Assembly (NCBI GenBank): GCA_002269645.1 | Contig: NIVC01003675.1 | Location: forward strand, 1 to 64,000 | Origin: Macrostomum lignano | Lineage: Eukaryota | Length of the DNA stretch: 64,000 nucleotides | Direction of reading: 5' to 3' | Shown here: piece by piece, positions 45,966 to 56,398 of the stretch | Layout: every line of letters begins with the position of its first letter | Position numbering within the stretch: position 1 is the stretch's first letter | Translations under genes and position numbers: made by a program | Notes under the pieces: model-generated | Databases searched by the model: none | What the model saw: only the letters and a program-made list of their open reading frames with translations | Told to the model about the DNA's origin: nothing

Positions 45966-48900
45966 ATGGCTGGAGCTTGTGATAGAACTGAACCAGTGTT
46001 TAGCATGGGTGCCGGAACCCTCTCCGTGCCTATGACTCTGCATGCTCAAAATCGACGTAGACTGTGCCAGCGGCTTCGTACCGACGCAGCTGCCGCCGCC
46101 CCAGGCATTGTGCTGCTTCAAGGCGAAACTGAACTGCCTAGAAATGGCACCGATGTTACTTATAATTTTCATCAGGATTCGTTTTTTCATTGGGCATTCG
46201 GAGTGCTGGAACCAGACTGTTATGGCGCCATTGACGTGGCCACTGGTCGTAGCTACATATTCATGCCCCGGCTGCCTGATGAATACGCTATCTGGATGGG
46301 CAGGCTGCAGACGACTGAAGATTTTCGGCGCAAGTACGCCGTTGATGAGGTGAGAATTAATTAGCGATTAGAGATCTGCTGTGAGTCTGGGACTGCAATC
46401 AGGTTTTACTTACCCATCTATCTACCCCTCTCACTTCTGTTTCTTGTTTCTCTCATTCTTTTCCACGGATACTAATAAAAGTATTTATTGAAAGTGAATT
46501 TCTGTTGCAGTCTAACATTCTAACAGTACTAACATGCCCATATTCTGCATCGATTTGAGATATAGACAAAACTTTCATCATCCGACTCTAACCGACATTC
46601 TACTCGTATGTGTGGAAGCGAGCCAAAAACAAAGACCACTAGAAGAAGAATAATGGGACACTTCGTTTCTTGGAGAATTTATTAAAGGCTGATTTTCACG
46701 GGAAATGCACGAGCGAGATGGGAAAATTTCACTTTTTCACTTTAAAATGGTGATAGCTTTTTATTGGAAGCAGATACAAAGCTCTTCTTTTGATAAAACT
46801 TACAAAACATGTTGCTTCGACGGATTTTAGAAAGACCTTTTCATGAATAATTGATCTTCATATTATTTTAGTTACTAGCTATATCATGCAGCAATTATAG
46901 TCTAAAGCTAACTAGTGACTAACTTAAATTTTACAATGTCTGTTTAATCGAATGCATCTATTTATTAGCAATATAATTATATTTATATCATTGAAAACAG
47001 TTGGCTTTAATTATATGCTCAATTCACTGCTTATTCATTTTAGTTTTATACTTTTTATATAAAATGAGTATTAAAATATGTAGCTACCTTAGCTATACTA
47101 GATCAATTATTCATGAAAAGTGAAAAAAGTGAAAAGTTCCTATCTCGCTAGTGCATTTTTCCGTGAAAATCAGCCTTTAATAAATTTTCCAAGAAACGAA
47201 GTGTCCCGTCCTTCTTCTAGTGGTCCTTGGCCAAAAAAATTGACCACTTTGTATATTGAGTTGACATATCTAGTGTTTTTTTAGGATCTGTAAGGACCCA
47301 ATTACCCTTTACCTCTCTTCTTTCTGCCCTTTTTCTCCTCTTTCTAATTCTCTATTTAGGCTTACCCTTTTCTCATGTAACCTTATCATGTTACCTTTCT
47401 CATGTTACAGTCCTCTCCGCTTCTCTTACTGTAACCATTTTCGACTCGTGAGATCTAAGCTACCGTTTATTATTTGATCAATTTCTCTGCTCTTAGTGGA
47501 CATCTGGTTTGATTTGGTAGTTCGCCCTAATTATAGTACAATTAAGATTAGAGATTGAAGAATTGAGACAGCAATCCAAAGAGATTTATTCTTTCGAAAG
47601 ATTTAGAACAAACAGAAAACAATACAAGCATGCAATAGGTTTTAATAGGTTTCTAAGTATTAGACACTTATTAAACGTGCAAAAGTATTTAATTAGGCAT
47701 GACCACTGTTAACAGTATTACGTTTCCTTAATCCCATTATTACTTTAAGTTTTCGTAGTCTGACTATTTTAACAAACTACGATACCTAAATCCACCCTAA
47801 AAACTAAAATTATTCTAACGGAACCCAGCTTCTCTCTACTAGTAGAGAAACTCCCAAGCTCCCTGTCTATCCCCATCGCTAACATTTCTTAAGCCTGAAC
47901 TACTATTAGTAGGTTAAAAGCATATCTACTCTATTACAATTATTAGAAAATGTCACAAGCATTTATTATTACTGTTACTCAGGTGCACTACGTAGACGAG
48001 ATACCCAAAGTGCTGGCCAGCCTAGGCCAGGCCTCCGCGCCTCCAACTCTGCTAACCCTATCCGGCGTGAACTCGGACAGTCGCCTGCGAACTCGCGAGG
48101 CCGCGTTCGATGGTATTGGCGAATTCCCAGTCGATCGGGAACGCCTCTACGAAGCCATCTGCGAGTGTAGAGTGATTAAAACTGACTTAGAATTGGAGGT
48201 GCTGCGCTATTCGAATCGGGTCAGTAGCGAAGCTCATCGTCGCGTAATGCGAGCAGTTCGACCCGGCTGGCGGGAGTACCAGGCCGAGTCGACATTTCAA
48301 CACTACTGCTATCACACTGGCGGCATGAGGCACGTGGCTTACACCTGCATTGGCGCTTCCGGCTGCAACTGCGCCGTGCTGCACTATGGCCACGCTGGCG
48401 CGCCAAATGAACGGCTTATTAACAATAGCGATATGTGCCTGTTTGATATGGGCGGCGAGTACTATGGCTATGCCAGCGATATCACCTGTAGCTTCCCGGT
48501 GAATGGCAAGTTTACGCCTAATCAACGGCTGGTATACGAGGTAAGAACGGGTTTTACAAGAGTTGAGCAAAACACTTAACTCTGCAAATGGGTGCCAGCA
48601 TTAGCTGGGGTAATTAAGGGTGTGTGGCGACCCTTTCCCAAGCCCCAGTCCTTGGACTGAACAGCCGTACGCAGCCTTCAGGCGCGCCGCGCAAATAGCT
48701 GCGGCTGAGCTGTCGGTTGCACATCTGGCACAATGGGGGGAGGTTTAATCAATTATTATTATTACTACTATTAATACTACTATATGAATTGTCTGTAGAA
48801 TGTAAATATGTGGTCTGCCCCCGAGATTCCAAACGATGCAACAGTCAGAGCTGCTATGCTATGTCGCCTCTTAATTTGCGTTTTTGCTCCCCCCTTTGTG

Positions 48901-51900
48901 AACTAACTTAACTGATAATTTAAATTAACTTACTCAAGCCTTGGATTCAGAACTGAAAGATAAAAAATCATTTGTGTATGTATGCGCACCGCTGATAACA
49001 TAGCGCGCCCTTGCTTTACTATGTATAGCTTCAGAGCTATAGAAAAAGCAAAACTGTTCTCACACAACGCTAACTTGGTTAACTTACATGCATTGTCAAC
49101 ATTCAAGCATAGCTGTGTAGTGGCGCCATTGTGTTTCCCTGACAGTTTGGTAGCACTATTTTGCTCATTAACCTGCTGATGACAGTCTTGAAAAGGTGGA
49201 CTACATTTCTTACTCGTCACCTTTGTTTGAGTTTGCAAAAGTCGGCCTAGAGACAGGCAATACGTCATTCAAAATCTTTCATCGAGTTTTTTCTCTTGAG
49301 GCTGACAGAATCGTAGCTACAGCATATAGAAGCAGGTGCGCAAAATCTCACAGATGTTTTTGCAAAAGAAATTCCCTCCGCTTCAGAAAAGCGTCGTCTT
49401 TGCAAACTGTCAATTTCTCGTAAAAAAAGAGGGAAGACAAAAGCTTTTTGTCAGCACGCTATTGTTTCTATGGTGCGGCGGTCCAGGTTCGATGTCTATA
49501 TATTGTCAACGGTAACGAGACCGTTAGAAATGAAAAAATAAGAGCCTTTATTCGTATAGCTAAGCATTTCAAGCTACGCCATATCGAAACTTCTAAGCTG
49601 AGAATAAATCCTATTTATTGAAACCTTGTCGTCCGATCCTCTGCGGCTAACCAGAAATGCGCTTGTAAGTTTTCGTTCTGTTAGCGCAGTCAGATGCGTC
49701 TTTCTTGAAACTTGCAACGATGTTCAATCATGCAAAGATGGCAATTTTTGAATGCTTTTTTTCAGACTAGTTGCCAGCCTCATCTGCGTGTCCGTATTGA
49801 CACCAGTATTGATAGTTGTTGCTAGTGCTTGTGACAGCGTATTGAAAGTGAAATTTCACGAAACAATCGGAGTAGATTGTGTGCATTCTAACTTCACAAG
49901 GATTGTGTGGGGCTCCTGCGATCCGGCGGCTTGCAGTTTTCACTGCGCTAAGCTGCACAACTGCCAGGCCTTCACGCTGTATCGTGATAGTAGCACCTGT
50001 CTGTGCAAGCTGTTCCTGTTTGATAGGTGCAGTCACCGTGTGCAGTCTGAGGCCAACTGCTCACGCCAAGTGGCTGTGTACGTGAGGTCTCTACCCAACA
50101 TGCCACTCGGTCGCTTGTGCCCACCCGGATACAAGTTCACTCGATTTGGCACCGCCTATAAAGTTTTACCGATTGAAGCGAATAGTTGGACTGAGGCGAA
50201 ATTGAATTGTGAACAAGATGGCGAACTGGCTAAATTTGCTGACATTTTTTATGTTGATGAAGCTGAATACTTAAGGTCGATACTAAACTTAGCGAACCAC
50301 TCGTCGGATCGTTATTACGTCGGTGGCTACCAATTGTCTACCTACACCAGTGTCACTGATGGGTGGATCTGGAGCGCCTGCAATGTGAGCTTTCAATCCG
50401 AGGTTTGGAAGTCAGACAGGCCAGAAGAAGGCCTTACTGAGGATAAAGGCTGCGTTCAAATGACTTCGTCGTCAGATATTGGTGTTGACGATACAGCCTG
50501 CAACAGAAGAAAGCGATTTATCTGCGAGTGTCAGAGCGTTTTCTAAGACGGCTTTAAAACATTTTCAATACTGAAAATTGATATTTAAAATACAACTCAC
50601 TGCTGATAAAAGAAGTCAAACAATTAATTGTTTAAATATATTTAGAAAGAAGTCGTGAAAACTTAAAGGCATAAGTTTCTGGACATGATTTATGAATATC
50701 GAATTTTTATTGTTTGTCTAATTGTGTGGCAAAAATCGAGTCATTTTTGGAAGCAAGACCTTATAATAATAATAATTGATTACACCAGCCCTAATGGAAA
50801 GATGTGCAACCGACAGCTCAGCCGCAGCGAATTTGAAGGCTGCGTACGGCTGTTCAGTCCAAGGACTTAAAGGTCGCCACACGCACCCTCAATTACCCCA
50901 GCTAATGCTGGCACCCATTTTACAGCTGGGTGAACTGCTTACTGCTCAAAGACAAAAATGATTCCGAATTGGTCGTTAATCGGGAATCGAACCCCCGACC
51001 TCTCAGTCGCCAGCCTGACGCTCTAATCTAACTACAACACCCTTACATTGAGTACAAAATACGCATAAATACTGAATTATAAATCTACTTGTTTTTTTTA
51101 CTTTATGAAGCTACTGCAGAGCTTAGGATTTTTTAACTCAATTTTTCTCTCGTTACCCCCAGGCCGTGCTGGACGCCAATCGAGCCGTTTTAGCCGCCTT
51201 CCGACCCGGCGCCTCTTGGCCAGATCTGCATCTGTTGTCCTTGCGCATCATTCTACGCCATCTAATTGAAATGGGCATCTTGAAAGGCGATCTGGACGAG
51301 ATGATGGCCGTCAAATTGGGCGCCGTGTTTATGCCGCACGGGCTTGGACATCTGATGGGGCTGGATGTGCACGATGTGGGCGGCTATCCGAACGGCGGCT
51401 CAAGATCGACGGATCCGAATTTAAGGTCGCTGAGAACTTTACGCACCCTGGAGGCCGGAATGGTGCTGACGATTGAGCCGGGACTCTACTTTCAGGTACG
51501 TCTGATTAGCGCTCAGTCTTAAAATGTAAAGCTTTCATACATTCATACCTACTTTCATACCTATAGTTAAAAGCTGCACTGATCCCTTGAATCTAGATAG
51601 CTCATGGAAGTTGTACTAAGTTGAAGCTCACTCTTTACACCAAGGACCAGATAAAAAATCCATCTCATGGCTGCGGGGCCAAAAGAGATTGGAAAATAGA
51701 TGGAATAGATAAGCTATGAGAGAAGAGATGAGAGGCGAGAGATGGGATGGGAAAATATAGAAAAGAGGAGAGAAGAGGGGAGAAAGTGGAGAGGGAAGAA
51801 AAGAGAGGAGATAGAGTAGAGAGGAGAGGAGGAAAAGGAGAGGGAAGAGGAGAGAGAGAGAAAAGAGAGGAGAAAGAGAAAAAAGAGAAGAGAGAAAAGA

Positions 51901-52913
51901 GAAAGGAGAGAGAATAGAGGAGGGCTAGAGACGAGAAAAGAAAGTAGAGAGAGTAGAGAAGAGGCGAGAAAGGGGAGGAGAGAGAAGACAGGAAAGCAGA
52001 AAGACGAGAAAAGAGAGAGGGGAGCGAGAGAGTAGATGAGAGGCGAGAGAGGGGAGAAAAGAGAGGAGAGTAGAGAAGGGGAGAGAGGATAGGAAAGGAG
52101 AGAAAGAAGAGGAGAGGAGAAAAGAGAGAAAAGGAGGGAGGTGGGAGAGAAGAGAGGGAAAGGAGGGAGAAGGGAGAGAACAGAGGGAAAGAAGGGGGAT
52201 GGGAGAGAAGAGAGGGAAAGGAGGGAGATGGGAGAGAAGAGAGGGAAAGGAGGGAGGGGAGAGAAGAGAGGGAAAGGAGGGAGATGGGAGAGAAGAGAGG
52301 GAAAGGAGGGAGGGGAGAGAAGAGAGGGAAAGGAGGGAGGGGAGAGAAGAGAGGGAAAGGAGGGAGGGGAGAGAAGGGAGGGAAAGGAGGGAGGGGAGAG
52401 AAGAGAGGGAAAGGGGGGAGAGGGGAGAGAAGAGAGAGAGCTGAAAAGAGACACAAAATGTTGTGTAGTTTCAAAGGACCCGGGCGCGGAATTAGAAAGG
52501 CTTTGTAAGCCGCATTCGGCCTGTGAGCCGGAGTGACCCCTACTCTAGAAATCCCTAGATTTTTTAATTCGTGATGCCAAAGTTCAAAGCTCTTAAAATT
52601 CTAGATCCAGCTTACAATTGAACTTTTTAAATCTTTACATACATTTATTATAATTAATTGTCAACGCCATGTCTCGCTAAACCCTCAGGACGCCCTGCTC
52701 GACCGAGCCCTGGCCAATCCCGAGCAGGCTCGATTCTTCAATGTCGATCGACTGGCTGAATTCCGCGGCACCGGCGGCGTCCGAATCGAAGACGACGTTG
52801 TTGTGACGGCCGACGGCGCCGAACTGATGACCGACGTGCCTCGAACCGTTGACGAAATCGAAGCTTTCATGGCCGGCCGGGAGGCTGATTCCGCTGGCAA
52901 GCCGGCGCCTTAG
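45966..52913 (+). CDS. PEPD: Xaa-Pro dipeptidase (prolidase, M24B), 4 exons, 499 aa
   Basis: Exons 45966-46349, 47983-48540, 51163-51495, 52689-52913, all phase 0, GT-AG. Motifs [130 protein letters not shown]. Confidence 0.97.
46630..47229. mobile_element. MITE, P-superfamily-like, 600 bp, PEPD intron 1
   Basis: ~110-bp imperfect TIRs (CAAAGACCACTAGAAGAAG...GGGACACTTCGTTTCTTGGAGAATTTATTAAAGGCTGATTTTCACGG / reverse complement ending AGTGGTCCTTG). Perfect 8-bp TSD GCCAAAAA at 46622-29 and 47230-37. CAAAG/CAAGG termini. Confidence 0.85.
48565..48780 (+). mobile_element. SINE copy lacking the tRNA head
   Basis: AAATGGGTGCCAGCATTAGCTGGGGTAATT..GGGTG..TGGCGACC...GTCCTTGGACTGAACAGCCGTACGCAGCCTTCA...GCTGCGGCTGAGCTGTCGGTTGCACATCT plus an (ATT)n tail. 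Matches 50760-50935 in reverse complement. Confidence 0.8.
49752..50546 (+). CDS. Secreted C-type lectin-domain protein with an N-terminal PAN/apple-like Cys domain, nested in PEPD intron 2
   Basis: 264-aa uninterrupted ORF. Hydrophobic N-terminus; [16 protein letters not shown]...CKL (PAN-like); [42 protein letters not shown] (CTLD). An acceptor-like TTTTTTTCAG at 49765 means the true start could lie in an upstream exon. Confidence 0.88.
   Translation: MLFFRLVASLICVSVLTPVLIVVASACDSVLKVKFHETIGVDCVHSNFTRIVWGSCDPAACSFHCAKLHNCQAFTLYRDSSTCLCKLFLFDRCSHRVQSEANCSRQVAVYVRSLPNMPLGRLCPPGYKFTRFGTAYKVLPIEANSWTEAKLNCEQDGELAKFADIFYVDEAEYLRSILNLANHSSDRYYVGGYQLSTYTSVTDGWIWSACNVSFQSEVWKSDRPEEGLTEDKGCVQMTSSSDIGVDDTACNRRKRFICECQSVF
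50758..51042 (-). mobile_element. tRNA-derived SINE (head, body and AT-rich tail)
   Basis: Minus strand: GTGTTGTAGTTAGATTAGAGCG (A-box-like) TCAGGCTGGCGACTGAGAGGTCGGGGGTTCGATTCCC (B-box), then a body with CACCCAGCTGTAAAATGGGTGCC and an (ATT)n tail. The acceptor and anticodon stems do not pair cleanly, so it is not called a functional tRNA. Confidence 0.78.
51700..52445 (+). repeat. Polypurine (GA-rich) low-complexity tract with a ~27-bp repeat in its right half, PEPD intron 3
   Basis: Almost pyrimidine-free on the + strand. GAGGGAAAGGAGGGAGGGGAGAGAAGA units at 52140-52440. Confidence 0.95.
52470..52540. mobile_element. Possible decayed right end of a hAT (Charlie-type) MITE
   Basis: GCCGCATTCGGCCTGTGAGCCGGAGTGACCCCTA followed by CTCTAGAA (NTCTAGAN-like target). 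No clear left TIR found; a candidate remnant lies near 51600-51680. Confidence 0.3.
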
Positions 52914-55900
52914 AGTCCTGGGCCGCATCTGAGATTGAACTGGACTTTTAACTGGAAATATTATGCATATGCACTATATTTATCCTTATAATACGTTGTC
53001 ATTAAAATCATTAATCAATTGGCATGATTGACTTATCTTGTTGTGCTTTACTTATTGATCTTGTTGATTCTCTGATCGCAATTCACTATTTTCCCCCAAA
53101 AATCGGCACTATTAAATTTGTTAAAATTCAGCTTTTGTTAAAATTTAAATTTAATTTGAATATTTACTTCCCGGTTTTAGTGAGCTAAAAACAGATTTCA
53201 TTTTCTAATCGATTTGTAAACTGACTACTTCATTATACCATTTGATTAAATTATTTTGTTTTTTTTCTCTTTATTTTGATCCCTAATAAAAATGAACGTT
53301 TCGCCTTGCAAATGATTTGAAATCTAAAATCAAACTCGATTATCGTCGTTATTTTCAATAAAAGCTTTCAGAATTATTGTTTTGTTTACCAATTGATAGT
53401 AATCATTTTGCTTAGCAGTTTTTAAATTTTGACTTTTTAACTTAACATTGGGTTTCAATAGTAGCTTGGTACAGATTTTTTGAAATAATTTTGTAAAAGT
53501 CTTTTTGCAATCAACAATGACGATTTAAGTCGTCATAAGTTCCTATATAAGCAAATGGAATCATATGCAGATGGTGTCAAGACAGGATTAAGATGAAATA
53601 CAGACTAATCTATACGACGAAATACATCGTTGTATCTACCGAGGAAATCAACAGTTCCGATCATTGAACACTTTATCCATCGACGCAAACAACAGATCCT
53701 ACTAAGATCCTTCTAAGAATCTTTACTTAAAGTGTACATACAGCTGTAGATCACAATATTGGAATAGAAATTTCCACCAAATATGTACCTTTATAGCTAC
53801 AGAATATGCTGTGTGTCCTTGTGTTATGTACTGTCACATAACGATCGGACAGACTATTTTTATATTTTATGATGTCTATTTCAGGTGAACCAATTAATTC
53901 AGCGAAATAAAAATGAGCACAAAAACTAGAGAATAAAATTATTTCTTTAACGAAATTAGAGTTAGTATAATATCTCTTACTATAATGCCGTTGTAAAAAA
54001 TAACAAAATAGCTAGGCTACCGATTATCTAAGCTAAAATGAATTCTTTGGGCAGCAAAAGCTAAAAATATGCATTAGTTTTTAAAATTAAGATGCCTAAA
54101 GCAGTCAGGTAAATCAATAGTCAAATCGCAGAAAACATTTGTGTTTGGCACCGTTTGCCAAAACATTTCTTGGAAACACCTGACAACTTAGAAAAATGGA
54201 CTGATTTAGGAATTTTAGGACAGCGTCCAGCGATATTATAGATCCGCTGTTTTTGGTTATCTGAGTCTATGTCTGTCCTGGCTAGGCGACCTAGGTTTAC
54301 ACTATAGTACATGTATGCTCATTCAATTTAACACACAAATCGATTCAATTTAAACTAGGCCTACTGTCTACAGATAACAGACAGTTATGAGTTACAACAC
54401 TTATTTTTTATTATTTTTCGTTTTTGTACTCTTCTTTCTTAACTATTTTCTATTTTACCTAGTCCTAAAACTACTGCTTAGGTGTTTATCTAGGTTAGGC
54501 TTAGCATTTGTTATCAAATATAAAATCCTATGCCAAATCATATAGCTAGGCCTAGGCTATGGGTTGGCTATGCCTAGGCTATGCTAGGCCTAAGCAGTTT
54601 TAAAACTTTTGTGTTACATTATAAGTGTTACATTTTAATTGTAGGCAGATCGTATGGTTGGAGTGTGCCATCAATATTCAATATTAATCATACTCAGGAT
54701 CATATCATTTGTTGGATTTGTGCTAGTGTATATGGAAATGGATCATGTATCTGTGTTGTGTACACCAGACCAAATTTGGACGTCAAGAACTTTGTATACC
54801 AATGTACGCCAAAAACAAAATGTTGTGCTAAAATGTACACCAAAAATTCCTAAAAAAGGTAATACAATTTTCATAAGTTTTCTAAGAAAGGCTTTTGTAT
54901 GAAAAGTGTTTTTAAAATATTATGAATATTTTAAACTTAAACAAACTTAAATTTATACCTACAAAAATATGATGCAAAATGATACTCTTAGTCTTAGCAA
55001 AAATTTACACTAATTTTATTCATTGTTAATTTCAAAAGAAGCAAAAATTTTATCACTGACAATACAACTTTTCTGTTATTTTATATAAAAATGTTAATTT
55101 AGATTACAATTTTCAAGCATGGCATGAATTTATTCACCAAAATTTGTATGCCAAAAAAGTATGCGTGGCTGTGTTACTTGTGTATGCCAATGGTGAATCC
55201 AACAAAGTTTGGCAGGGGTTGTGTAGGCTATGCCGAATGTGTATACCAAAGACTTAGGGTGGACGTTTTATATGCCGGAACTTTCTGGTGTACATGCATA
55301 CTATCCGCAACCTCGGATTTGTGCCAGAAATTTCTAGCATACATTTATGATAGCTAGGGCTAGTGTATAAGGCCTAGATAGGCCTACTTGGTGCCCCAAT
55401 GGCAGTGCATAGGCATCTAGCGTGGATTAGCCTTGCACAGTGTGGTGAAGTAGCAGGAGGCAACAGGACTACAGCTAAAAAGTGTAAAGTGCTCCCCTGT
55501 CTATTGGGGATATAGTTATTTCATCTGTTGTCAATTTGTCTACTGGCAAAAAATGACTAGGTAGGAGTGTTGATTGTTTGTTTTAGCAATAAGGTGCATA
55601 TTTTGTAGTTGAAAACATGATTAGATAATTAATTCATGCATAATTTAGTCACTAATATTTAAAGCAAAGTGAAGCAATTTGTTATAGTTTGTTTATATGT
55701 TATATAGTTTAATTTAAAATAGGGCCTACATTTCTTACTATGATTTCCTAAATGTTTTAACTGTGATTTCTAAACATTTTAACTGTGATCCAATATACTA
55801 AAAATGAAAATCTTGCTTGCTTGTAATCGATTAGAGAAAAAATGGCTGGACCGATTTTGTTCGAACTTGCACTGTTTGATCAGAAATTTTCCCGTGACTG

Positions 55901-56398
55901 TACATGCATCGTGGCTAAGAAATTGCTCGATGCTAAAGGCATTAAATATTCGAAAAACATGCTTTCTTGCAAAGGTCAAGCAGCTCTTTCGACTTGAAAT
56001 GCATTGTAAGAATGCTAGAGAAAAAACTGACTGGTTGAATTCTGATTCTGAAATAGATTGCATCATAACTGAATTGTACCTCCGACTTGAATTGAAAATA
56101 CAGTGTGGAAGCGTAGCACCAGACTTGATTTAAATTGCGTAACCATATTGTTAACTGATACTGACTGACTGAGAAACTGATTATGTCATAACTGCTTCGT
56201 GTGATTTACTCTATGCTTGGATTTTAAAGTGTTGAATTATATAAGTGCAAAATTTGATGTTATCAAAACGATGAGAGCTAGCCTAGAGGTGAACAAACTG
56301 AACTGCCAAATGCAGCGACGATGGTTCGAATTTTCATAGAGTACAATTTTTTTAATTAAAGCTTTTCAACGTCAGGAAAACTAAAAGACTTTTTAAAA

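Noticed and set aside
50971-51042. Functional tRNA gene
   Set aside because: A- and B-box-like motifs are present, but the acceptor and anticodon stems do not pair properly and the sequence continues into a SINE body that is duplicated at 48.6 kb.
51665-52536. Pro/Leu/Ser-rich and Gly/Glu/Arg-rich ORFs
   Set aside because: Translations of the polypurine tract inside PEPD intron 3.
54640-55330. Possible MITE with TATACC/TATGCC-rich inverted segments
   Set aside because: Inverted similarity is patchy, and I could not define termini or a TSD.
55779-56133. Overlapping ORFs on both strands (95 and 109 aa)
   Set aside because: No recognisable domain, AT-rich codons and no splice support. The sequence looks like non-coding transposon-derived DNA.
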